Positions 6,499 through 14,437 of a stretch of DNA of 28,139 bases are shown piece by piece. Origin of the DNA: a virus. Taxonomy: Duplodnaviria; Caudoviricetes. The notes below the pieces were generated by a model. That model saw only the letters and a list, made by a program, of their open reading frames with translations. It did not search any database and was not told the DNA's origin. The translations under genes and the position numbers were made by a program. The DNA is taken from IMG/VR virus record IMGVR_UViG_3300013004_002837, positions 1 to 28,139 of that record; one strand, written 5' to 3'. Numbering within the stretch: position 1 is the first letter of the stretch; each line of letters begins with the position of its first letter.

Positions 6499-9168
6499 AT
6501 GAAGTTGGCAGATAGAACGGTTGAGATTCACAGTCGCGGTTTGGATAGCACAAATCAGTTTACTATTGCTCAAACAAGCAAAATGTTTAAGATCCTTTCA
6601 GATTCTTTGTACTCTGATAAGGTAATGGCAGTTATTCGTGAGCTTTCTACTAATGCTTATGATGCTCATATCGCTGCCGGTAACAAAAATCCTTTTAAGA
6701 TTAGTCTGCCTACTCAGGCTTCCCCGTCTTTTACTGTGCGTGATTATGGCACCGGTCTTAGCCAAAAAGATATGGAAGAACTGTATACAACGTATGGTGC
6801 ATCCAATAAAAATGATAGCAATGATTTTGTCGGGTGTTTGGGCTTGGGAAGCAAGAGTCCATTTGCTTATACAAAGAGTTTTAGTACGACATCGTATCAT
6901 AATGGCAAAAAGTATTCTTATATTGCTGCTATGGATGAAAGTGGTGTTCCTAGTCTGAATCTGTTTGGTATTACCGATACGTCTGAACCAAACGGTTTGG
7001 AGATTAGTTTCGCTGTTAAGCAACATGATTTTCATGAGTTTACCATCAAGAGTAAGCGCATTTTCCACTATTTTAAGATGAAGCCGATTATTGATGGTGG
7101 TACTGACGATAGTCTTTCTGATCACTCCTACTCTCATACCAATGTTGTTATTGATGGTGAGGGTTGGCGTATTGGTAGAGTATCTAGTAATAATAATCAG
7201 TACCCAAGTGCTTATAATGGCCCCGGTAGCGGACTTGTGGCTATCATGGGTAATATTGCATATCCCATCGATGCTAATAAGATTGTTGGAGAAGAAAAAG
7301 ATATCGATAATGATAATATCCAGAGATGGAATCGTGCATTTAAGAAAGCCGATGTTGATAACTGGAAGCATCTAGTCAGAGAGATTTTGGGGTCCGGCCT
7401 GTATCTTGAAATTCATTTCGGTATTGGTGAATTGGAAATGGATGTTTCAAGAGAAGGTTTGCAATATACTAAGCAAGTCATAAAGACTCTCAAGGAAAAA
7501 ACTCAGCATATTTATCTTTCTCTTAAGGAAGACATGAGTAAGAAACTTGAGTCTTGCACAAATCTTGTTGATGCATATACCACATATTATAATCTGAGTG
7601 ATCTTGCTGGAGGATGGACTGCCGGTGCATCGTGGACCGATCCAGATGGTATTGTCCATGAATTGAGTAGTGGTAAGGATCTTGAATATAAGTTCAAGAA
7701 AAATAAGCAGTTGTATGTCTTTAACTGGAGAACCGCAGGATATCGTTCTCGCAGAATGATTTATCTTACCGATAAGATTCATCATGAAACACTACAGGGT
7801 AAACCAGCATATTATTGGTCTTCAGAAAAGAAGTCCGGTAAAATGGTATTTTTCAGATCTGATGTTAAGGGTGCAGAAACAGCAAAAAAGATTGTCACAA
7901 AGTATTGCAATCAAAATGATTGTTTTGCATATCTAATGATTGATAGCGATACTCCAGAGGATTCTACTGAAGGTTTTGAAAATCTTATCAAGCATATTGG
8001 TGGAGAAACTAACGTAGTTAATGTTTCTACCTATCGTAGTCTGCTCTCTACTGGTACTCGTAAGAGTAGGGGTTCTTCTGGAACCATTAGTAAGGATGAA
8101 ATCTTTGCCATTAAGAATCTTGGTGCCGACAAAGAGTGCAAAGCACTTGGTGGTAATGATATCAATGACTCCTATTTGCTTAATGAGTTGTCAGACGATC
8201 TAATGTCCTATATTGAAGACGAAGAGAATGAAATCATTTATGTCCCGATTCTTAGATACGGCTCTGTTGCAGGATATCCTAAGATTAATAAAATTGTTTC
8301 ATTGGCTCAAAATGATAAGACGGTTCTTGGAACTAAACTTTTTAATGATCAAAAGATTTTTGCAATCAAGCAAAATGCTGTTGAAAAACTCAAAAAGGAT
8401 GGGGTCAATCTGGTATCTTTCAATGACTGGTTTCAAAAGTGTGCTACAAAAATGCTAAATAAGCTTAATGATCAAGTATCTATCTATAAGAATATTATAG
8501 AGTACTGTGGTACACAATATGGTAGTAAGGAAGGTAGGTCGGACAACTACTACTACAGTCCAGCATCATCAGATAGTCAGATTATGTATCATATTATTAA
8601 TTTGTTCGGCTTGGATTACGATAAGTATATCTCTAATAAGGTTATGTGTGAAACAATAGATCAATGGCTACTCATTGAGTTTTTTGCCGTAACAATTCAT
8701 AGAGTAACTTTTGATATTCCAAGACTGAATAAAGACGAGTATTTTGCAAAAATAGCGACTATTCTTGCGAGATATAATCTTAATGGTATCGATCCAGACA
8801 AGATTAGAGAAAGTCATATTTCTCTAAATTCTATGAACTCAACGCTAAATAATCTTTATGATGATGAACAGAATACTAATCCAATTACCGAAAGTCTTAA
8901 TAAGACTAGTACAGCAGGTTCTGTCGTAGACAATTTGCCAAAAATGTCCGATATCAGAAAAACTCTTAAAGTCGAGGTTGACAAGAGTCCGATACTCAAG
9001 TATATTGTTGGTAGCAACGCAAACGACGGGAACATCAGAAGAATCTCTAGTAGTAATCCTTTGAAGACTTTTGATGATTCTTATCGAAGTAAGGGTGATT
9101 GGTATACAAATTTGGGTGGTGAGACAGGTGTGGTTACGTTTAGACAAACTTTGGGTAATTTGATTTAA
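6499..9168 (+). CDS. rIIA: rIIA-like protein (N-terminal GHKL/Hsp90-like ATPase)
   Basis: LYSDK...IRELSTNAYDAH, DYGTGLS, GCLGLGSKSPFAY, SREGLQY; adjacent to rIIB; GGAG RBS. Confidence 0.88.
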   Translation: MKLADRTVEIHSRGLDSTNQFTIAQTSKMFKILSDSLYSDKVMAVIRELSTNAYDAHIAAGNKNPFKISLPTQASPSFTVRDYGTGLSQKDMEELYTTYGASNKNDSNDFVGCLGLGSKSPFAYTKSFSTTSYHNGKKYSYIAAMDESGVPSLNLFGITDTSEPNGLEISFAVKQHDFHEFTIKSKRIFHYFKMKPIIDGGTDDSLSDHSYSHTNVVIDGEGWRIGRVSSNNNQYPSAYNGPGSGLVAIMGNIAYPIDANKIVGEEKDIDNDNIQRWNRAFKKADVDNWKHLVREILGSGLYLEIHFGIGELEMDVSREGLQYTKQVIKTLKEKTQHIYLSLKEDMSKKLESCTNLVDAYTTYYNLSDLAGGWTAGASWTDPDGIVHELSSGKDLEYKFKKNKQLYVFNWRTAGYRSRRMIYLTDKIHHETLQGKPAYYWSSEKKSGKMVFFRSDVKGAETAKKIVTKYCNQNDCFAYLMIDSDTPEDSTEGFENLIKHIGGETNVVNVSTYRSLLSTGTRKSRGSSGTISKDEIFAIKNLGADKECKALGGNDINDSYLLNELSDDLMSYIEDEENEIIYVPILRYGSVAGYPKINKIVSLAQNDKTVLGTKLFNDQKIFAIKQNAVEKLKKDGVNLVSFNDWFQKCATKMLNKLNDQVSIYKNIIEYCGTQYGSKEGRSDNYYYSPASSDSQIMYHIINLFGLDYDKYISNKVMCETIDQWLLIEFFAVTIHRVTFDIPRLNKDEYFAKIATILARYNLNGIDPDKIRESHISLNSMNSTLNNLYDDEQNTNPITESLNKTSTAGSVVDNLPKMSDIRKTLKVEVDKSPILKYIVGSNANDGNIRRISSSNPLKTFDDSYRSKGDWYTNLGGETGVVTFRQTLGNLI
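8978..9006 (+). promoter_or_regulatory. Internal promoter in distal rIIA, probably driving rIIB
   Basis: TTGACA 8978-8983, 17-nt spacer AGAGTCCGATACTCAAG, TATATT 9001-9006. Confidence 0.65.
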
Positions 9169-9193
9169 TTTCACAGGATATAGGAGATTTAAA

Positions 9194-10051
9194 ATGAGTG
9201 TTCCTTTTATGTGGGTTGATGGTAACTTGACGCTGATTATTAATAATAAGGCGCATCAGGTTCTTCCAGATCATATTAATTACAGACTGATTCTTGAGGC
9301 TCTTCCAACTGCCACAAATGATGAATTGGCAGAACTGGTTGATATTGAGAAGGCTGTTTCTAATTTTAGTGATGGTCTGGTAGAGGTTAAGAATGGTAAG
9401 GTTTATTATCAAAATGAAGAAGTTCATGGTAGTATCAGTAAGCGTATTCTGGAGTTTATGAGCAAGGGACTGCCGTTTCAACCTCTTGTTAATTTCCTGA
9501 ATAATCTTATGGAAAATCCAAGTATGCAGAGTCAAAAGGAACTGTATGATTTCTTGGAGCATGAACTGCTTCCGATTACTGAGGATGGTTGTTTCCTTGC
9601 GTATAAGGCTGTTAGGTCAGACTATATGGATAAGTATGCTGGTAAGTTTGACAATCATGTTGGCAAGATTTGCGAAATGCAAAGGGCAAAAGTTGATGAC
9701 AATCGTTCGGTCGGTTGTTCACAAGGACTTCATGCTGGTGCATTGAACTACGTTGCTGGTTATGGCAATGCTGATGCTGGTGATCGTATTGTGATTGTTA
9801 AGATTCATCCAAAAGATGTTGTTAGTGTTCCCAGCGATTGTAACCATGAAAAACTTCGTACCTGTAAGTATGAGGTAGTTGGTGAATATCAAGGAGAATT
9901 GCTTAAGCCTCTTTATAAGAGTGAATTCAATGAAGATGAATACTATGATGAGGAAGAAGATCTTTATGATGAGTATGATGATGCTTACTGGGATCAATAT
10001 GAAGATGAAGATGAGGAAGATGAAGAATACGATCCAGATCAAGATTATTGA
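9194..10051 (+). CDS. rIIB: rIIB-like protein with acidic tail
   Basis: LMENPS, LYDFL, ITEDGCFLAYKAV, CSQGLH, HPKDVVSVPSD, KLRTCKYEV; AGGAG RBS. Confidence 0.9.
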   Translation: MSVPFMWVDGNLTLIINNKAHQVLPDHINYRLILEALPTATNDELAELVDIEKAVSNFSDGLVEVKNGKVYYQNEEVHGSISKRILEFMSKGLPFQPLVNFLNNLMENPSMQSQKELYDFLEHELLPITEDGCFLAYKAVRSDYMDKYAGKFDNHVGKICEMQRAKVDDNRSVGCSQGLHAGALNYVAGYGNADAGDRIVIVKIHPKDVVSVPSDCNHEKLRTCKYEVVGEYQGELLKPLYKSEFNEDEYYDEEEDLYDEYDDAYWDQYEDEDEEDEEYDPDQDY

Positions 10052-10060
10052 TTGAGGATT

Positions 10061-10082
10061 TGGTGCCTAGCAATAGGCACTA
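10061..10082 (+). other. 9-bp hairpin with GCAA tetraloop after rIIB
   Basis: TGGTGCCTA-GCAA-TAGGCACTA; no U-tract follows. Confidence 0.65.
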
Positions 10083-10087
10083 GGATG

Positions 10088-10144
10088 AAGGTGGGCCGCT
10101 GGGCGGATACTAGTTATAGGTTGGTTCGATTCCAACACCATCTT
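10088..10144 (+). ncRNA. tRNA-like element (T arm plus acceptor-like stem, no normal anticodon arm)
   Basis: GTTGG-TTCGATT-CCAAC T arm 10120-10136; AAGGTGG/CCATCTT closing stem; CCGC/GCGG mini-hairpin. Confidence 0.5.
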
Positions 10145-10224
10145 TTAGATATTGCTTTTGATGGTAGTGTTTACTGTCCCAATATCATTTGTGTAGGTAG
10201 TAAGTAGTGGGAAAAGGAAAAAAT

Positions 10225-11370
10225 ATGTTTAACGATAATCTTGGTTTCAACCCGTTTGATAAGAACAATAATGTCTATGCAAATAAGTATGCGCATGAGA
10301 GGTCTGCATTTCTTGGTTCTTTTAATCAAAGCAACATTTTCGTCTATAATGGTAATCCTCGTAAGAAGATTAGTAGTATGAATCACACTAATGTTCTTGA
10401 TGAAGCGATTAAAGCAAATATCGACAATCATTCAGATGTTTATTTTTATGTAAACGGTGGTAGGAAACTGTATGCGATCAAGCAATTTACTTGTTGTTTT
10501 TGTGATATGGATGCTGGTCGTGATAGCGAAGGAAAGTATTTTAAGCCTAGTGTAGTTATGAACAAAAAGAAACAGTTTCTCAAGAAAATCAATGAGTTTC
10601 CAGTTAAGCCAAGTTGGGTAATCGATACTCGTAATGGGTATCAATGCTACTGGATTTTTGATAATGCTAGCAGAAAAATTGTTGGTCACAACAAAACTTT
10701 CTGGAATGGCTTGCAGAAAAAGCTTGTTAATTATTTTGATGGAGATCCGAGAGCGATCAAGGCTAATCAGATTTATCGCGTACCTTATACATGGTGGCGT
10801 AAGGAATGGGAGAAGAAGGCTCCTTATTTTAGCAGTATTCTTCCCGGTAGCACTGGTCAACCAATTAATGTTGCTGATCTAAAATCAGCTCTTACTGGTC
10901 AACCGGCTACTTTGCAGATTATTCCTGAGAAGTGCAGCGACGAATGGTATAAGGGATATGCTCAGGCTTATAAGCAGTCTGATGAAAATGGAGTTCCTGT
11001 ACCTATGGATGTTGCCAAACAAATTTTGAATAACCTTCAGAATACTTGTAATGCGTCATTTATGAACAGCAATAAAAAGCAGTATACAACTGCTATTAAT
11101 GCTGAGTGTTTTAGGGCTTATGGTGATCCAATGCCTGTGCATCCTGTTGACGATACGTTACTGGACGATGCAGATGCCTCTGAGGATGCACAGGATGCTC
11201 TGTCTGACGAGGATATGAACCTCGACGGTCAGCAGACCAAGCTTTTAAAGACGGTCGTGGAGTTCCTTAATCAAGTCTCAACGCCCCTCTACTTTAGTAA
11301 CAATAGATTCCTTTCTAGTGCTGCTAAAGACCTTGCATCTCAAATCAGTGATAAGTTTTGTATCGGATGA
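10225..11370 (+). CDS. AEP-superfamily (RepB-like) DNA primase domain protein
   Basis: FCDMD (DxD), PSWVIDTRNGYQCYW, GDP...IYRVPYT; AAGGA RBS before ATG 10225. Confidence 0.7.
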   Translation: MFNDNLGFNPFDKNNNVYANKYAHERSAFLGSFNQSNIFVYNGNPRKKISSMNHTNVLDEAIKANIDNHSDVYFYVNGGRKLYAIKQFTCCFCDMDAGRDSEGKYFKPSVVMNKKKQFLKKINEFPVKPSWVIDTRNGYQCYWIFDNASRKIVGHNKTFWNGLQKKLVNYFDGDPRAIKANQIYRVPYTWWRKEWEKKAPYFSSILPGSTGQPINVADLKSALTGQPATLQIIPEKCSDEWYKGYAQAYKQSDENGVPVPMDVAKQILNNLQNTCNASFMNSNKKQYTTAINAECFRAYGDPMPVHPVDDTLLDDADASEDAQDALSDEDMNLDGQQTKLLKTVVEFLNQVSTPLYFSNNRFLSSAAKDLASQISDKFCIG

Positions 11371-11419
11371 GGGTTCAGTGTCAGGGGTATAGGATGTTCT
11401 ATACCCTTTGACACAACCC
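11371..11419 (+). other. Long intergenic inverted repeat
   Basis: GGGTT/AACCC, GTGTCA/TGACAC, GGGGTATAGG/TCTATACCCT around a 4-nt loop. Confidence 0.7.
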
Positions 11420-11442
11420 CTATAAGATAAGGAGAAAATAAA

Positions 11443-11700
11443 ATGGGTAGACACACAAATCCTCTGTTACAGCTTTTATTAAATGATGAAGAAGCCAAGA
11501 AAAAATTTATTGAATTAATGGGTGAGTCGGGATCTGCAAAAGATCTTTACTATCATTTTGAAAATAATACGTTTTATGGTAATAAGTATTATCTTAGTCG
11601 CCAAACGATTAATAATATCATAAGGAGATTAGGATTTAAAGGCCGTAGAGGACGCAATCGTAAACACACTACAAATCAAAATAGATACAGTTTTAGATAA
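11443..11700 (+). CDS. Basic protein, possible HTH
   Basis: AAGGAG RBS; LSRQTINNIIRRLG then an Arg-rich tail. Confidence 0.7.
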   Translation: MGRHTNPLLQLLLNDEEAKKKFIELMGESGSAKDLYYHFENNTFYGNKYYLSRQTINNIIRRLGFKGRRGRNRKHTTNQNRYSFR

Positions 11701-11709
11701 GATTATCAA

Positions 11710-11895
11710 ATGATAGATAATATTTTTTTAGAGTCGATTAAAACACTAAGCACAGAAGAGCAAAATTTAAGACTTAAACTACAATTAGAATATATTAGTG
11801 ATGAGTATGAGAAACAAATTATTTTTCTTCATAGTCAAATATCAAAATATTCTGCCCTATATAATGAGTGTCAGGAAAAATTATACAACCAATGA
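11710..11895 (+). CDS. Hypothetical protein
   Basis: 61 aa ORF filling the gap between neighbours. Confidence 0.5.
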   Translation: MIDNIFLESIKTLSTEEQNLRLKLQLEYISDEYEKQIIFLHSQISKYSALYNECQEKLYNQ

Positions 11896-11907
11896 GCAAA
11901 CTATATC

Positions 11908-12345
11908 ATGCATGAAGATTATGATGAAAACTATGAAGATGATGAGTATGACTATGGAGATAGTCAGGATGATCCAGAGAGTCAGTATAAAAAGTACTTT
12001 AAATTTGATCCAGAGGCGTGGGATGCTTGGGGTAAAATGTTGTATGATGCTTTAAATGATATAGTTGAATATCCCTCAAATGTATGGTATATTTCACCAA
12101 AGACTGGGTTTTTTGGTTCAAATAAAGATATGTCGTTTCCTGTGAATAGTTACTTCTCCAATACTGGTAATGGTTATGCCTTCCAGTATTTGGGGAATAA
12201 CTATCAAGGCTCTCAGATTTGGAAAAAGAAGTACTTTGTTTTCAATCCTATTGACATAGAATATAGGCAACACATACAGGCACACAGCATACACTTTTTA
12301 CATCAACCTCATTACTATAAAGGACTATTTGATATTCTAAACTAA
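11908..12345 (+). CDS. Hypothetical protein with acidic N-terminus
   Basis: 145 aa ORF. Confidence 0.7.
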   Translation: MHEDYDENYEDDEYDYGDSQDDPESQYKKYFKFDPEAWDAWGKMLYDALNDIVEYPSNVWYISPKTGFFGSNKDMSFPVNSYFSNTGNGYAFQYLGNNYQGSQIWKKKYFVFNPIDIEYRQHIQAHSIHFLHQPHYYKGLFDILN

Positions 12346-12360
12346 TATCAATAAATTATT

Positions 12361-12795
12361 ATGTCAAAAAAAGAATGGTTTATTGTCGAAGATCTAAATA
12401 AATTAGTAGAAAGCACAAGAGTATTAGTATATGATAATTTCAATACTACAAAAGATGATAAAGATGAATTTAGTATTTTGATGTCAGATCTATCGAAAGA
12501 AGAAATCAATGAAATGAATTCTGTATTAAGTCAACAAGAATGTATGATTATCGCAAAAGATATTGTTAAGGTTCAAAAAAATAAGAACACAGACGAAATC
12601 AGATATCTATTAAGCGATCAAAAATTTATGGAGATGATAGAGTCTTTTAATAGTAGAATGGTTAGTAATATACTGAGTAGTTTGGTTAAAAAGGATATTT
12701 TGGATAGTGCTTATGATGAAAATCTTAACGACTTTGTTTTTTGGGTGAAAGACGATGAAAATCAAAAAGAAAATCAAAAACCTGAAACCGACTGA
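12361..12795 (+). CDS. Hypothetical protein
   Basis: 144 aa ORF; C-terminal LSSLVKKDILDS...FVFW may be winged-helix-like. Confidence 0.7.
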   Translation: MSKKEWFIVEDLNKLVESTRVLVYDNFNTTKDDKDEFSILMSDLSKEEINEMNSVLSQQECMIIAKDIVKVQKNKNTDEIRYLLSDQKFMEMIESFNSRMVSNILSSLVKKDILDSAYDENLNDFVFWVKDDENQKENQKPETD

Positions 12796-13162
12796 AATAA
12801 ACTTGCATCTAAAGTATAAATGTCCAGAATGTCAGATAGAACACTGGATATCTTTAGACGAAGCAAAAACAACAGGTTACATGATCGTATGTGACTGCAA
12901 AACAAAACTAAAAGTCAAACCAATAAAAACTATACGTATTTTATACAAAACAAATAAAACAACTAAGGCGAAGCCCGAAAAAATAGATCAGTCTATGCCC
13001 GTTGTCCTGTTGGAAAACTGTGTTAAAATACTGGTCAGTTATGGATTTTCTGCCAAAGAGTCTAAAACTCTGGTAGAAGAGTCTTATAAGAAAAATTCTG
13101 TTAACGATGCGTTGATTATAATCAAAGATATTTTGGCTAATATTGGAGGCACTAATGGCTAA
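12755..13162 (+). CDS. Zinc-ribbon protein with RuvA C-terminal (domain III)-like region
   Basis: CPEC...VCDC, Lys-rich linker, then ENCVKILVSYGFSAKESKTLV...IIKDIL; overlaps ruvB start. Confidence 0.65.
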   Translation: MKIKKKIKNLKPTEINLHLKYKCPECQIEHWISLDEAKTTGYMIVCDCKTKLKVKPIKTIRILYKTNKTTKAKPEKIDQSMPVVLLENCVKILVSYGFSAKESKTLVEESYKKNSVNDALIIIKDILANIGGTNG

Positions 13163-14051
13163 TATTGTTCGTCCGTCTAAGTTTGAAGATATTATTGGGC
13201 AGAACGAGGTTGTGGATCGCTTGAGAATCATTGTGGCCGGTTGTAAAAGTTCAGGCTCCACGATGCCTCATGTTTTAATAGATGGGCCTCCTGGCCTTGG
13301 TAAGACAACTGTAGCGAGTGCTATCGCCTCAGAACTTGGTGAGAATTTGTATGTTGTCAACGGAGCGAATGTCAGAAGCATTAAAAATATTCTTCCGTAT
13401 CTTATGGGTATTGCACCAAGGTCGGTATTATTTATTGATGAAATTCATCGTCTACCAAAAGTAGTAGAAGAATTTTTATATCCAGTAATGGAAGACTTTG
13501 TTCTTAGTTTAGTTCTAGAGAATAAACCAGAACTTATTGATCTTCCTCAATTTACTCTTGTTGGTGCTACAACCTGTGGAGGCAGATTAAGTCAGCCATT
13601 CTATGATAGATTTCAGATCAAGGAACATCTTTCTTTTTATTCTGATGATGAACTAGCTAAACTAGCAAAGTCAAATGCTGATAAGCTTGATATTAGTCTG
13701 ACTGATGATGAGCTTCTGCAAATTGCTAAAAGGAGTAAAGGTACTCCTCGTATTCTAAATGCTCGTTTGATGTGGTATAAAAGCTATACAAGTTTTCATA
13801 AGGACAAGAAAACGGATGTTGATGAAGTTTTTATGAACCAAGGCATAGATAATCGTGGATTAGATATCTATGATAGAATGTATTTAGAAGTTCTGAAGAA
13901 GAATAGAATGAATCCTCTTGGTCTTAAAAGTATATCTTCATTAACTGGAATTGCAATGGAGACTATAGAGAATAGCATTGAGCCATTTTTAATTCGTATG
14001 GGGTATGTTATAAGGACGCAAAAGGGTAGAGTTATTGGTGACTATAAGTAG
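13155..14051 (+). CDS. ruvB: Holliday junction branch migration helicase RuvB
   Basis: RPSKFEDIIGQ, GPPGLGKTT, LFIDEIHRL, EEFLYPVMEDF, FTLVGATT, GTPRI, IEPFLI...RTQKGR; GGAGG RBS. Confidence 0.95.
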   Translation: MANIVRPSKFEDIIGQNEVVDRLRIIVAGCKSSGSTMPHVLIDGPPGLGKTTVASAIASELGENLYVVNGANVRSIKNILPYLMGIAPRSVLFIDEIHRLPKVVEEFLYPVMEDFVLSLVLENKPELIDLPQFTLVGATTCGGRLSQPFYDRFQIKEHLSFYSDDELAKLAKSNADKLDISLTDDELLQIAKRSKGTPRILNARLMWYKSYTSFHKDKKTDVDEVFMNQGIDNRGLDIYDRMYLEVLKKNRMNPLGLKSISSLTGIAMETIENSIEPFLIRMGYVIRTQKGRVIGDYK

Positions 14052-14119
14052 TAGTCAGGCAGTTTTCTAGACCCCTTGAAGGATAAAACTCTTAATAAGG
14101 AACAATGAAATGATACTCA

Positions 14120-14431
14120 ATGAATGATATTTTTCCATTACTAATAATAGTATTGTTCCTGATATCCTATATAATAATCTTCCTACTAGGTATACTGGTA
14201 GGGAGATTATTGTCATTTAATGGTGTATATAAAAATGAACCAATTACTAAAACAATATCGTCAATAGTAAATAAAAACACAGGACAACCAATATCAATTG
14301 ACACTAGTAAATTTGTGGTAGATATAAAAACAGATGGATTAGAAAAAAAATATGAGCAACTAGGAGAGATAAAGCAAAGCCAGGAAACAATAGCTTCATC
14401 TGTAAACAAACTTAAAAATATGAAAGGTTAG
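14120..14431 (+). CDS. Single-pass membrane protein
   Basis: N-terminal hydrophobic helix, soluble C-terminus ending SSVNKLKNMKG; 6 nt before the actin gene. Confidence 0.75.
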   Translation: MNDIFPLLIIVLFLISYIIIFLLGILVGRLLSFNGVYKNEPITKTISSIVNKNTGQPISIDTSKFVVDIKTDGLEKKYEQLGEIKQSQETIASSVNKLKNMKG

Positions 14432-14437
14432 GTTTTT

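Noticed and set aside
6598-7371. 257-aa antisense ORF and other shadow ORFs over rIIA, rIIB and the primase
   Set aside because: No recognisable motifs; long antisense frames are expected where the sense gene lacks TTA (antisense TAA) and has few CTA/TCA codons
9930-10048. GAT/GAA-rich quasi-repeats (also 6090-6183 and 11908-11970)
   Set aside because: Encode acidic low-complexity protein tails; not tandem DNA repeats or CRISPR
11408-14328. Other TTGACA hexamers (11408, 12251, 14298)
   Set aside because: No acceptable -10 at 16-18 nt spacing
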